Below, piece by piece: positions 1 to 12,987 of a DNA stretch of 64,000 bases. The stretch is from Octopus bimaculoides (lineage: Eukaryota). The stretch covers positions 54,310,715-54,374,714 of the forward strand of contig NC_068999.1 in NCBI RefSeq assembly GCF_001194135.2. Reading direction: 5' to 3'. Each line of letters begins with the position of its first letter. Within the stretch, counting starts at the first letter, position 1. The notes below the pieces were generated by a model. That model was not told the DNA's origin and searched no databases. It worked only from the letters and a program-made list of their open reading frames with translations. A program made the translations under genes and the position numbers.

Positions 1-179
1 GGTGGTGGTGGTGGTGGTGGTGAAAATGATAAATGCAACATAGACTCTAACATGTAGCAATTTAATCTAAATATTGCATGACTTTTACGCCAAGTTCAAT
101 TCATCATAAATATAAGAAAGTAAGATGTGCCAATCAAATACTAGGGTTCATTTAATTCTCCATGTTTCACACACATACA

Positions 180-233
<54 letters not shown>

Positions 234-400
234 TTAGTGGGCTCCAGATTCTGTCAGAATGACAGGATCAGTAGAACACAAGACACAAACATTTTACACA
301 TCTAAAACATCATCAGGCACATCATGCACCGTTTCAAATGTCTCACCCACCTTAAAAGTCTACTCCAACTCCTACTACTGCAGCTACAGCAGCAACAACA

Positions 401-435
<35 letters not shown>

Positions 436-622
436 AAGTCTAGTGTTCTCTCCAATGCCGATGGTCACAGAAACACTCCAGTACTAGGACTGTTACTTAA
501 TTCATGCCCACTCTCATTCGCTCATTCATTCATTCATCTTTATCATTTAACATCCACTTTCTCACACTCGCATAGGCGCAGACAAGGCAGTGTGGTAAGA
601 AATTTATTTTCTAACTACATGG

Positions 623-678
<56 letters not shown>

Positions 679-991
679 GCGTGCGTGCGTGCGTGCGTGT
701 GTTGCCTTGGGCAAGTGTTTTCTACTATAGCCCCAGGCCAACCAACACCTTGCAAATAGATTTGATTGGTGTGTGTGCATTGGAGTGCGGGGTCTCCACA
801 TCATGTGATTGTTGTAAATGAATATCATTCATTTCCTCTATTCTGCAAAAAACATGTCTGGCCATGAGGAGATATAACCCTACTTGGAAAGAGGTAAGGG
901 TTGGCGACAGGAAGAGTATCCAGCTGCCTCAATGAACTCTGTCTGGCCCATGCAAGCATGAAAAAAATGCTTGTTCAAACAATGATGATGG

Positions 992-1029
<38 letters not shown>

Positions 1030-1506
1030 TTGACGTTGACTGGATAATATAGTCCTAAATACACTAAGACTGATCATAAACCAGAATGCTTTATTTTTTT
1101 TCTTACTGGCTGGGCCTGAAGGAAAGGGCAGTATTCATAGCCTTCTTCACAGGTCCTCCCAGACCAGTGAGATTCTGGGCCATAAACATTTCTCCAGAAT
1201 TTGTCTAAGTCAACACCTACAGGGCTGACATGAGCAGGGATGGCATTCTAGAGGACTATCTCTTTTCTTGGCATGAAACCCAAGGTTCTTTTGTGGAGGA
1301 TGGAAATGTGTACAGCTTTAAATATACTGAGCCTTAGCGTATGACTGGGGATTATTTTAATGATGCAAACCCCCCAAACCACCCTCTAAGTTAATTATTT
1401 TGACTGAACCTGAACTTCACCCCAAGAACAAGAACCGGTGGATGGAAGGGGACCATCCCCTGTCAATAAACCAGAACAGTAGAGAGAAGAGAGAATGTTT
1501 GTTTAC

Positions 1507-1587
1507 CTGGAAACTATGATTAATGTTTTTGGTACTGCATTCAGCAACACTTAGGTCAGACAGGTCAATCTCATCAAAGATTGCAAA
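1507..1587 (-). CDS. DGKH: DGK eta/delta-like exon 4 (81 nt): FAIFDEIDLSDLSVAECSTKNINHSFQ, PH domain
   Basis: Acceptor ttttcctttccag and donor CAG|GTAAAC. Matches vertebrate [27 protein letters not shown]. Confidence 0.95.
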
Positions 1588-1627
1588 CTGGAAAGGAAAA
1601 AAAAAATAATAATGATAATAATAATAA

Positions 1628-1827
1628 TTTCAAAGTTTGACACAAGGCCAGCAATTTGGGGGAGGGGTTAAGTTGATTACATCGATCCCAGTGTTCAACT
1701 GGTACTTATTTTATCTACCCTGAAAGGATGAAAGGCAATGTCATTTGAACTCAGAACGTAAAGACAGACCAAGTGCCACTTAGCATTTTGATCAGCATGC
1801 TAACGATTCTGCCAGCCCACCGCCTCA
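1628..1827 (-). mobile_element. Family A SINE. Further minus copies at about 2966-3170, 4158-4330, 4345-4550 and 30890-30990; plus copies at about 25075-25175, 29825-29945, 41695-41912, 42978-43192 and 52041-52260.
   Basis: The reverse complement matches ctggcagaatcgttagca…ttctgagttcaaat…cctttcatcctttc…gtaccagttga shared by all copies. Confidence 0.8.
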
Positions 1828-2585
1828 ATGATGATGATGATGATGATGCATAATAACAACAACAACAAATTACAGTGATGATGATAATGATGGCAACAAA
1901 ATAATTCGCATAACAGCTTAGCTCCAAACATATACACCTGTCTCTTAATGTCAGTCTCCAAAATATAGAAAATTAAAAGAGAATAGTAAACCAATGAAAA
2001 CTACAAAGAAATACTCTTCGTATATCACACAGCAATACTTTATCCAAAACATAAAAGTGCTATAAAAGAGACATAGAAGCTATGGAGAAAGAAGAGAGAG
2101 GTAAGGAACTATATTACACCAAACACACTGGCGAATGTATGGAGATTTGCAGTAAACAATAATAAAATCCCATAAAGAGAAGTAGACAAACTTATAGACA
2201 GAATACACACTGAAAATTAAACATAACTGCACATTAAAAAAATAACCTGCTACAAACAAATAAAAACATCATTAAACAACCAACAACATACAAAATGCAT
2301 AAGATTTGCCACAAGAAAGAAAGCAACACAATAGAGATGACCACACATACAATAAGTGAGAAGTCAAACCAAAGTAAAAATACAGCACAACCAACCATGC
2401 AAAAATCAAATAAAGCAGTACAGCAAATCAAAAACAGGGAAAAAAAAAAAGTAAAACTCCAAAAAGATGATGAGACCATAAAAGTTTGTTTGTTTGTTCA
2501 AGGATAATCCTGAGAAGAAGGCAAAGGTAAGATGATGAGTGTAATAAGGGAATACGAAAAAGAAAATTCTCCCTCTCTCTCTCTC

Positions 2586-2657
<72 letters not shown>

Positions 2658-3179
2658 AAAGCACAAACAGAAAACTAACTACATGATGATAATAATAATA
2701 GATTTAGGAAAAGAGAAAAAGTCTAGAAAAGAAAAGATATCAAAATAGAATTACAAAATATACTGAAGCAGAAGTAAAGAGAGAAACTACTCGATGAAAC
2801 CGTGAGGCTCAACAGAGATGTAATTGAAAATGAAAGCAAACTGGTTCAAAAGCTTTGTGCTACAAGCAGAAACAGAAAGCCTGATTGCAGCTGCATAAAA
2901 CTATCATCAAATCACTAACAACTCCAAAAATAAAACAGTGAAAGAAGATGCTAATGTCCTTTGTTAGAGGCACAAGGCTCGAATTTGGGGGGAGGGGGTA
3001 AGTCGATTACATCAACCCCAGGGCTCAATGGTACTTGTTTTATTGACCCCAAAAGGATGAAAGGTAAAGTCAACCTTGGTGGAATTTGAACTCAGAACAT
3101 AAAGGCGGATGAAATACCACTAAGCATTTTTCCCAGCATGCTAACAATTCTACCAGCTCACTACCTTTGAAAATAATAT

Positions 3180-3720
3180 CAAGTATAGACAGTGCAACCA
3201 GCACAGTGAGAAAGTTAACCACAATGTTTCTGGCTGCACAGTCCTTGCAAAGCCCAGATATATACACAGTCATCGTTAAGTCGGCAGCCATGTTCACTGA
3301 GCAATATACCAACAGACAAGTGGTACAAAATGTATGAAACAGGACAGAGGACAACAACATAGTCACAATCATCTGAGACATATCTTATCTGAAGAAGATC
3401 AAAGCAAACCATCCAGATATGATAATCAAGGGCTAGAATGGAAATATTCGTTAATAGACGTGATACTTCCTGACCCCCCCCCCAAAAAAAAATATTGCTC
3501 AAAAGGAAATAGAGACAATCTGTCAAAATATAAGGATTTTGAAATCAAAATAAACAGGATGTGGAGCTTGAAAGTAAATATAGTAGCAATAATAATTGGA
3601 GTACAAGGTATGATAAAAAAAAATTAACAAATATATACCAGGGCTCACAACATTACTCACAACTCCTAAAATAGCTCTACTAGTTACAGCTCACGTCCTC
3701 TGAAGTCACTCAATTCCTAT
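3180..3720 (+). mobile_element. Decayed C-terminus of an RLE-type non-LTR retrotransposon (R4/Dong/NeSL-like)
   Basis: Broken frames give CNQHSEKVNHNVSGC (CCHC-like), KANHPDMII...LIDVILP and LSKYKDFEIKINRMWSLKVNIVAIIIGVQGMIKK, the restriction-like endonuclease signature. Confidence 0.75.
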
Positions 3721-4696
3721 TTCCAAATAACACACTATCTGCACATAACACATACACTACACAATAACCACCCAATAAAACAACATAGCATACACTCCTG
3801 CATAACAAATATCTAACACGATCTCCCATTCTACACAGCTGTAACTCATTAATACCACACAGACAACATACCATACACAATAACTTATCTGACCCTGGAA
3901 CCTGTAACATCAATTATCCAGCATATTTATAACATGTTAACCACTCAACACAATAACACACTCTATACAATGGAAGAAACACTAAAATATCACCAAAAGC
4001 AATACACCAAACGCATTAACAAAGTAACACTGATGTAGTATGCTAACACAGATCTACATTGCAAAACCACACCACCAGGGTCACAGAAATGCACCTAACG
4101 ATGCAATAAAAATGCACATGAAACTGTCCAAAATATAAGCAAGAACAACAACAATAGTTTCTGATTTAAGCACAAAACCAGTAATTTTTTAGGGAAGAGA
4201 ATTAGTCTATACCATTGACACCAATACTTAGACTAACCAAAAAAAGGGCAAAAAGCAAAGCTGACATCAGCAGCATTTGAATTCAAAGCATAGCATTTTT
4301 TCTGCGATTCTAATGATTCAGTGCCACCTTAAATAATAAATGGTTTGTAATTTAAGCACAAGGCCAACAAATTTGCAAGGAAGGAATCAATTGATACCCT
4401 TGAGCCCTATACTTGACTTGCACTTTATTCTATCAACTCTGGCTTTATGAAAGGCAAAGTTAACCTTCACAGGATTTCAACTCAGAATGCAAGGCACTTG
4501 AACAAATACTGTGATACATTGTAACCAGCACCAACAATTCTTTCAAACTTTGTAATTGCTTCAAATTTAGGCATAGGGCTCGCAGTTCTGAAGGTAGAAG
4601 GACAGTCATTTGGCATTAATCTCAGTACCTGATTGGAACAAAGTTTACCTCAGCAGGATTCAGTTTCGAACACACTAACAATTCTGCCAATCCTCC

Positions 4697-4715
4697 AATA
4701 ATAATAATAATAATA

Positions 4716-4762
<47 letters not shown>

Positions 4763-5040
4763 ATAGGAAATAATACAACAATTATATTGAAATGAATGAA
4801 TGGCTGAAAATGGGATAAAGAATAAAAATAGTAGGGAAAGGAAGAGAAAAGAAAGAGGAAGAAGAAGAGAAAAGGAAGAGGAATGGAGAAAGAGATCAGA
4901 GGAAGTAGAGAAGAGGATGGAAAGGAGGGAGAAAATGAGAGGGAGGGAAAAGAAGAAAATCAGAGATGAGAGGGAGAAAGAGAAAAAGGAAGATAAAGAA
5001 AGTGAGGTAGAAAGAGAGAAAATGAGAGAGAGAAAGTGAG
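4697..5040. repeat. (AAT)n(GAT)n microsatellite followed by an about 240-bp purine-rich GA tract
   Basis: Read directly. It produces the spurious E/K/R-rich and F/S/L-rich ORFs. Confidence 0.9.
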
Positions 5041-5830
5041 TCAACTTCTGCAATTAAGCAAATTAGTTGCTCTCCAGCCCTTTCTCTAATAACTCCAGCA
5101 ACTTCCGACACATTTCTGTTTTTATCCACACCACCCATGTCTCTACTCTATGAACCAATATACTTGCTCCTTTCCTCACCCAAACTGCCGGCTCTAATAT
5201 CAAGTCAAAGCAAATATGTCACTAGTGCATGCTACCCTCTATTAAAGCCAAGCCATCTGCCGGGCATCTGCACTCCTGCTATGCACTTGCCTGCCTAGTG
5301 CCGAGACTTGCTTTCCTTGGCTTCATAAGCACATCATCCTTCACAACTTCTGCTTTCTGCAACCAGATCCCATAACCATTTCAGTCTTACCTGAACCACC
5401 TCTCTCTTCCTTTAAGATGAGACAAGAAGGAGTTCCTTTCACCCTTGTGCTATCCATCAGGGAAAATATATTTACTCTTACCTTGATACCATACTCGTCC
5501 CCTTATCTTCCAAATCATACCAAGTCCACTGTCAACGTAATCAAAAAACTTTGACTGCATTTTCTCTGTACTGCATGCAAATTCTACTGTGTACTGTACG
5601 TAGGCAGGATACGTTGCTATTTGTGTGGTAATTTCCAGGAACGATACCCAGATAGTCCACAAATCTAGAACCTGTCACTTTAATATAGGTCTGGTTGTTC
5701 TCCATCACTATGGATCAGATGAGACTTGTAAAGCACAAGATAAAGTGCTTCATCTTCAACCTTGAAATAACTTCTCGGCGAGGTAACAATATACACGCCA
5801 ACTTCCCAAGATTCCATCTTCCATTTCACC
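5040..5830 (+). mobile_element. Highly decayed Penelope-like element fragment (RT C-terminus plus GIY-YIG region)
   Basis: Frame-shifted pieces PEPPLSSFK, KSTVNVIKN-FDC, LYVGR, GSDETCKAQ and IFNLEITSRRGNN resemble Penelope GIY-YIG domains. Confidence 0.5.
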
Positions 5831-8489
5831 CCTCTTCCCAAATTCACTTCCAGTGTTCTCTGCTCTGCTTCTTCTTTCAAGATTGTACTTGATCTATTTT
5901 GTGTAAATGTGTTCGGTGTGTAGGGGTATCTGTATGAAAGTGTATACTCTCAAATATTTGCATATGTGTTTGTACAACTGTTTGCATGCTCTCTCCAACT
6001 CTCTCCTTCCCTCCCCCCCTCTCTCTCTCTCTGCATGTCGATGAAGGTGTAACTTTAAATACCTGGTCACTCTGAAAACTCAGTTGCAAAATTTGTGATA
6101 AAATTACAAAACTACTTTGATCTGTTCAATGCATGAGATTCTTGATGTTTGACCTCCCACCCCACCCTTGCCATGGGCTCTGACTCAGCACACCTACAAT
6201 CAGAGAAATTCTATCATATCATATCTTTCATCCACACAGTATATCTTAAAATACATTATTTAACATGTCCTTCTGAGAGAGATTTGGTTGCCATTTTTAA
6301 CTGGTCAAGCAAGAATAAAGAAACTTCCCTATTTATTCAATGTAAAGAAGATGATTATATTATAGACACAATAGCTTGGTTAATCAGCAGTGCATGAGTG
6401 GTGGAGGTGGGTGAACCACTAGCCGTCAGCCCTCAACTCATCAGAAGATGATAGTTCAACTCATAGGGGTACCATCATAACAGATGGGTTGTCATGAGCA
6501 TCGAACCTGGTGTAGACCATTCCTCTTTAAGTTAGACAATAAATTTTTTCCAGAGAGAGAGAGAAACAGAGAGAAGAAATACTGGATACATAATATTGAC
6601 TGAGGTCAGCAGTTATTTAGCACTAGGTCAGTCCTGACCCAGCAGACCTATTATCTAAGATATTCCAGCCATGATCATCCTATGTCTGAGAACTACATTC
6701 TCTAATGTGAACTTCCAATTTTACAGATAATATGAAGTGATTTGAGATTTGGTTGCTATTTCTAGCATGAAAAGTGACCACATAAATGCTTCCTATTTCG
6801 CTTGTGATGTGATGAGCCTCACTATAGTGACAGGATAGATACCATAAGATTAAGGGGAGGAGGAGGAGGAGGAGGAAGCTGTAACTATGTAACTTGATCT
6901 CAACACATATAGAAATCACAGGGGGATTTACCATCAACAAAAGTTGACTGAATTAATCTTAATTCATGACTGGTACTTACTGCAACAATCTATTTTAGAT
7001 TAATGAAATAAATGTCCGCCTGTCTGTGTCTCCCTCTCTTCATCGTATATCAACTCCATTTCCTCATAACGTTAACTCTTTCCCGGAAATTAGTTTGGTT
7101 ATACAATAAGTGATTACAGGTTGCATATGGGAACAGAAAGAAAAAGAAAATAGTACAAGAAAAATGTTAATATTCACTAAGAAATGAAAGCTGGCCATAT
7201 AGTTAAGAAGCTTGCCTTGCAATCACATGGTTTTGAGTTCAATCCTACAGCATGGCACTTTAGACAAGTGTATTCAACTATAACCCCAAGTCAACCAATG
7301 TGTTATTTGGAAATTTGGTAAACAGAAACTGTGTGGAAGTTCATCCTTTATGTGTATGTGAGCATGCATGCATGTGTGCATACGTGTGTATGTGTGCATA
7401 CGTGTATTTGTGTAGGTGTCTTTGTATTTGTTCCTACCACCGCTTGACAACTGGTGTTGGTTTATTTATGTCCCTGCAACTTAGTGGTTAGGTAAAAAGG
7501 ACAATAAGTACCAAGGTTGAAAAATATATACTGGGGTCAATTTGCTCGACTAAACCTTTCAAGGGGGTGCCCCAGCATGACAGCAGATCAATGACTGAAA
7601 CATGGAAAAGATAGGAAAATAGAAGTGGGATGGATGGAAGAAGCAGTGAACAGAAGATGGTATTAATTTTAGTCTCTTCAGTTATAGCCCTTTACTTTCT
7701 AAATTTATATCCCACCAAGGTTAACTTAAGTTTTTTATTTGTCTCGAGAATGAGGAGCAGTAAATAAACCATGTAACAGTATTATACTGGGCTGACACAA
7801 TTAACTAAATTGACTATACTCTCACCTTGGCAAGAAGATAAAAAAAAAGAAGAAGAAGAAGAAGAAAAATGTGTGGGAAATGTCAGAAATCAACGTTTGC
7901 AAAGAAACTTCAAATCTTCTTGAGTCAGTCGGTGTTACTGAGCAAGGTACATAACTCTGCTTGCTCCAATTGACCTCGAGAGAGTAAACAAACATTCTCT
8001 CCAAGCAAAAATTATTCCATTTAATCAAGCATGAAAAAATAGATATAAAGCAAGAAAAAAAAATTTAATAAAGACCAAGGTCACATCAGATGACCTTTCT
8101 TGGTATGAAAATATATGCATGCATGCACACACACACACGTAAAAATAAAAAAAAACACAATATTGTATTTTCTCAATTTAAAAAAAAACTGAACATTTGC
8201 ATGCTAAAACAGGGGTTCAGAGATTAAAAAAAAAATACCGGCTCTCCCTTCAGCAAAATTTGCTGCCATGCACCCTCTTTGCTAATTCAGAAGACAAAAT
8301 AGAGATGGCATCCAACTTCTTTTTCTTCTTTCCACATCAGTGGTATTGCATAAGATTAAAAAGTTTAAACTATCTCAATTTTATTAACCATTGTGCAGGC
8401 ATGACTGTGATTAAGAAGTACACATTGCAATAACATGGCTTTTAGGTTCAGTCCCACTGTGTGGTACCTTAAGCAAGCCTGAGGCCAAC

Positions 8490-9100
8490 AAATACTACAA
8501 AAGGACCCCAAATTAAAGGAAATTTTACACATACACAAAAACATTAGAAGCCACAAACAACTGAAATCACTAAAAAAGATTCTCATAAAGGCAAAATTAT
8601 TTTCTAAAATAATGGATGCAAAAGTGAAAAAATGTGGTCGACCAAATTGTGCAACATGCCCAAACCTTCTAGAAGGATAAGAATTCCATTTCAAAGAGGG
8701 ACAAAAATTCAAAATCAAATCTGACTTTACTTGTGCTTCAGAAAACCTGATTTATGTTATAAGATGCTCGGGCTGCCACCAAAACTACATAGGGTCCACA
8801 GGATTATCATCAGTCGCAGATACACTCTGCATCGACAGCAGATTGCATTCCCAGAATACAGAATGCTACCCTTTAGTGAACATATTGAAAAATGCGCAAA
8901 GCAAATGCTACCACAATTTGTAATCTTTCCATTCTATCAATGTGCCATTGGAACATCAACACAAGTTAGATTAAATAAGGAAACCTTCTTCATTGAAAAA
9001 TATAAGCCAAAACTTAACCATTTCTAACATTTTTGAATAAGGAAACTCACCTCATTGAAAAAATATAAAGCAAAACCTAACCATTTGTAACATTCTATCC
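8490..9100 (+). mobile_element. Penelope-like element 3' fragment, GIY-YIG endonuclease pseudogene
   Basis: KCGRPNCATCPNLLEG*EFHFKEGQKFKIKSDFTCASENLIYVIRCSGCHQNYIGSTG, then a frameshift to RRYTLHRQQI...KETFFIEKYKPKLN. The CxxCxxC linker and IY...YIG motif are visible. Confidence 0.85.
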
Positions 9101-9479
9101 CTTCTAAACCAAATCATGTTAAATTAATAAAACTAGTCATTCCCAACATTTTTGATTATCTCCCTTATACCGGAAAAAATCCCTGAATACCTTCCCCTGT
9201 CTGGAACTCCATATTTCACAACATAGTGAAGACATGATATGATATAGGTTGAGAAATTTGAAAAGAAAATACGAAACTGGTTATTTCTCCAAAAACAATG
9301 TTACTATACGCAAAATTTTATAACATTTTTCTAATGTAACGATTTAAATGTATTCTTTAACTATATAACACCAGCCTTCTGTAGTTTTTTTCACTCTTTT
9401 TTGTCTTTCATATATATATATATATATATATATATTGTTATATTCCAGGATGGTTGCTTTTTTTCCCCTCCCCTTGCCA

Positions 9480-9726
9480 AATAAACACACATTATATATT
9501 CGTTCTTCACTCATTCATTATTGTTCTTATTTTATCTTATGTCCATTGTCTGGGAATCGTTTGCCACACATCTGTGACCTCATCAACAACTCTTCCAGCC
9601 ATGTGTATCCTCCTGTTCTGTTTAGTCTATGATGAAAGATTTCCAGACAATGGACATAAGATAAAATAAGAGATGATGATGATGAATAAATGAGTGAAGA
9701 ATGGATATATAGTGTGCGTGTATATT
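9480..9726. repeat. Inverted repeat with about 80-bp arms and a 29-bp perfect core
   Basis: 9525-9553 tcttattttatcttatgtccattgtctgg is the exact reverse complement of 9643-9671. Confidence 0.9.
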
Positions 9727-11197
9727 TGGCAAGAAAAAAAAAATGACCGTCCTGAAATATAAGAATATCTGTTTTAACACATGATTTCACATCAGGAATC
9801 TTGCAAAGCAAATTCATAAGCGTATACATACACACACACACACACATAAAGATAAATTTACCACACACACACATTTACATACATCAGAGAGGCAAATTCA
9901 ATGCTAAAGCTTGGTTTTATTGATGATACAGTTACCAGATTGAAATACCTTAAAACAGAATATATATTTCACAAACAATAACCCTTTTGTATCTAAAGAG
10001 ATTAAATCTGTTAAGTTTTGGAAGTACATTTTAAATGACATCCTATCTTCTTTCCCTAACCAACCATGACTGTCATTCAGGAGACATTGAAAAAATGATT
10101 TTACAAAATGGGACATGCTACACTCTGAAAGTCAAGAAAACTATAATTAATATTTTGTATTAAGAGAATATATAAAAAAGCCAAAAGAATTATTCATTGA
10201 CTCATTGTATTTTGATGTTTTGTTTTAATTTTTTTTTTTTAATTCTTTTACATTGATGTGGCCGGATAGAACCTTGGGCAAGTATCTTCTACTATAGTCA
10301 TGGGCTAACCAAAGCCTTTTGAGTAGATTTGGTAGATGGAAACTGAAAGAAGCCTCTGTACGTGTGTGTGTGTGTGTGTGTGTGTACGTACAAGCACACG
10401 CGGACATATAGCATCTCCTTTCCTTGACATCACATGATAGTTGTAAGCAAGTGTCGCTGTCATGAAAGTGGTATCCTTCATTTCCAATCTTTTGAGACAT
10501 GTCCTTACTTGGAAACAAGGAGAGGATTAGTGATAGTAAGGGCATCAGGCCATAGAAAATCCACCTCAACAAATTCCATACAATCCATGCAAGCATGGAA
10601 AGGTGTACATTAAATGATGATGATGATGATGATATAAGCCAGTAAACATTAAATCTCTTGTCTATGGAGATAATCCAATGCCAATGATAGAATATAAACT
10701 GGTACCATATTACCCTGATCAGTTCTATTCTACTCTGTCTAATTGATGTTAATATCTCATTTGGCTGAATTATCTACCTGATGTGAGAGAACATAATTGG
10801 AAAAGAATGTCTGTAATCTTGACTGGATTATAATTGAATGTGAACCAGAAATCAACCAGAAAGGTTGCAATCACAATCCATCAGTTGTGAGCCAACATGG
10901 TATCTACAAAGAGACCTTAAGTAAAGAAAGACAGCAATGAAAGCTAGAAGTACGTGGCACAGTACACAGAATAAAACACAAGAAGACAGAAAAGGAATCA
11001 TGAAAAGAGCCATAAAGAAGAAAGGATGCATTAGCACATCAGTAGTAGTGTTGGTAAATTTCAAGAAGCATAGAATTTTTGAAGAATAGTGTCTTGACAG
11101 GTATCAAGTGACTCAGGTAATTTATTCCATAATTCAAAAATTCTGAGTGTGAAAAATGTTTCAGAAAGTCAATGGTGCTGTGCTGTTCTTTGATTTT

Positions 11198-11357
11198 ATG
11201 TCTACAAAGTAAGAGAGGTGTTGAACTTGTAAAAAGGGCAGAAGTTGTTGAAAAGGGGACAGATATGTCTACAAGTAAGAGAGGTGTTGAACTTGTAAAA
11301 AGGGCAGAAGTTGTTGAAAAGGGGACAGATATGTCTACAAGTAAGAGAGGTGTTGAA
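11198..11357. repeat. 66-bp tandem repeat, about 2.4 near-perfect copies
   Basis: atgtctacaagtaagagaggtgttgaac… starts at 11198, 11265 and 11331. Confidence 0.9.
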
Positions 11358-11389
11358 TCAATACATTCAAAATATAGTAAAAGACAGAC

Positions 11390-11965
11390 GGAAGATATTC
11401 ATCTGCATGTTTCTGAACAGCTTCCATCAGATCAATATTCTGCATAAGATGGGCATTCCAAACTGGAGATGTAAACTATAAGTGTGGACAAACTATAGCC
11501 ATGTATAGCTTTAAATAGCTAGTGAGCAGCTGGCAAAGGTCTTACTAAATAATGCAAGGACACCTTTGGCCATTTTGACAATTTCAGAAATGCGGTTCGT
11601 TCAACAGATCATTGTCAACAATAATGCCTCAGTCATGTTCACCAGCAGATTGATTAAGGTTAGTCTTGTGGTGCAAGTAGGAAAATACAAGGCTTTTTGT
11701 ACCAAAATGTACAGTGGTACATTTGTCCAGTCAGCTTGAGCTGCCAGTCAGTAATCCACTGCTGCATTGTGTCTGGGATAGATTGCAGGAAAGCTCTAAA
11801 GTGTATCGGATCCCTTCTTTATCTCAAGATACACTTTAAAGTCATCTGCATATATCAACACAGTAACATGTTTCAATCTGGCATCTATTTCATTAATGTA
11901 TACAATAAACAACAGAGGACCAAGGACAGATCCTTGCAGGACACCAGATGTCATTGCATAAAGTG
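11390..11965 (-). mobile_element. CR1/Jockey-group LINE reverse transcriptase fragment
   Basis: Minus strand reads SGVLQGSVLGPLLFIVYINEIDARLKHVTVLIYADDFKVY, then degenerates. Confidence 0.85.
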
Positions 11966-12393
11966 TAGGATGTTTTCATACAACCCTAACCCGTTTTCAA
12001 TTAAGAATGAAGAACTCCAGCCAGAGAACTATTTTTTCAGTTTCCACCTACCAAACTCACTCACTAGGCTTTGGTCAAACCAAGGCAGCCGTAGGAAAAC
12101 ATATACCCAAGGAGCTGCATAGTAGGACTGAACCCAAGACCTCATGATTGCAAAGAAAGCGAAGTACTTAACTACACAACCATGCCTACACCTTTAGCAA
12201 AGTCAACCTCAGTGAGATTTGAACACAGAAAGCCTGAACAACTGCTGCAAGGTATTCTATCTGACTTTTTAATGATCCTACAATTCACTGCTATAAGTTT
12301 GTTATATTCAGTTCTGTTGACTGCATGGGTTCATTGCTATAGGTTTCGGAAAACATTTAAGGAAGAAAAAACTGAAATGCATTAATCACATAC

Positions 12394-12456
12394 CTTTGTA
12401 TCTTTTGCATAGTACAATTTACGTCCTTTTAATTTAAAATATTTCCGTCGATAACC
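12394..12456 (-). CDS. DGKH: DGK eta/delta-like exon 3 (63 nt): GYRRKYFKLKGRKLYYAKDTK, PH domain beta-2/3
   Basis: Acceptor tctttctgttgcag and donor AAG|GTATGT. Matches vertebrate [21 protein letters not shown]. Confidence 0.95.
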
Positions 12457-12951
12457 CTGCAACAGAAAGAGTGCAATGTAAATAATGTAAATAATGTAAA
12501 TAATGCAACCAAAAATAATTCTAAAGAAAGTTAGCTTCATGGAAGAAAATTAACTCTTAAAATCTTATACTGAAAGTAATTGCAACTGTCACTGAGTTTT
12601 GAGCCACACATAACTGCAATTGAAATAGAGTTGTTTGAGACTGACAGGTAGGAACTAAGCACTTCTATGTGCAAGAACCAAAGTTTAGCCTCACTTTAAA
12701 AAGAACTTCCTGTCTAAAAATGTCCTGTTTGCACCATGTGAATATATTTCTTGTCCTATAGTGAGAATTTTTATCTTACCTTTGCTTAACAAGATAAAAA
12801 CCACCATTGTTAAACTCTAAGGTGTGAACAGTTCATTGAGTAGCGAAAGAGTTAGCATACAAACAACAAGGTTCATAGTTAAAATAGCTATGTACAGCGG
12901 TGGTGGTGCTGGTGGAGCCGGCAGTGGTGTGGGGGTGGGGTGGCAACAAGG

Positions 12952-12987
<36 letters not shown>

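Noticed and set aside
259-828. 166-aa and overlapping ORFs rich in Y, CV and HT runs
   Set aside because: Translations of microsatellites and a SINE.
4622-5138. Charged E/K/R and hydrophobic F/S/L ORFs
   Set aside because: Products of a purine-rich low-complexity tract.
7822-8028. Coding-looking unique stretch with a polypyrimidine tract and AAG|GTGAGA
   Set aside because: No frame is consistent with the DGK PH domain, and exons 3 and 4 already join without missing residues.
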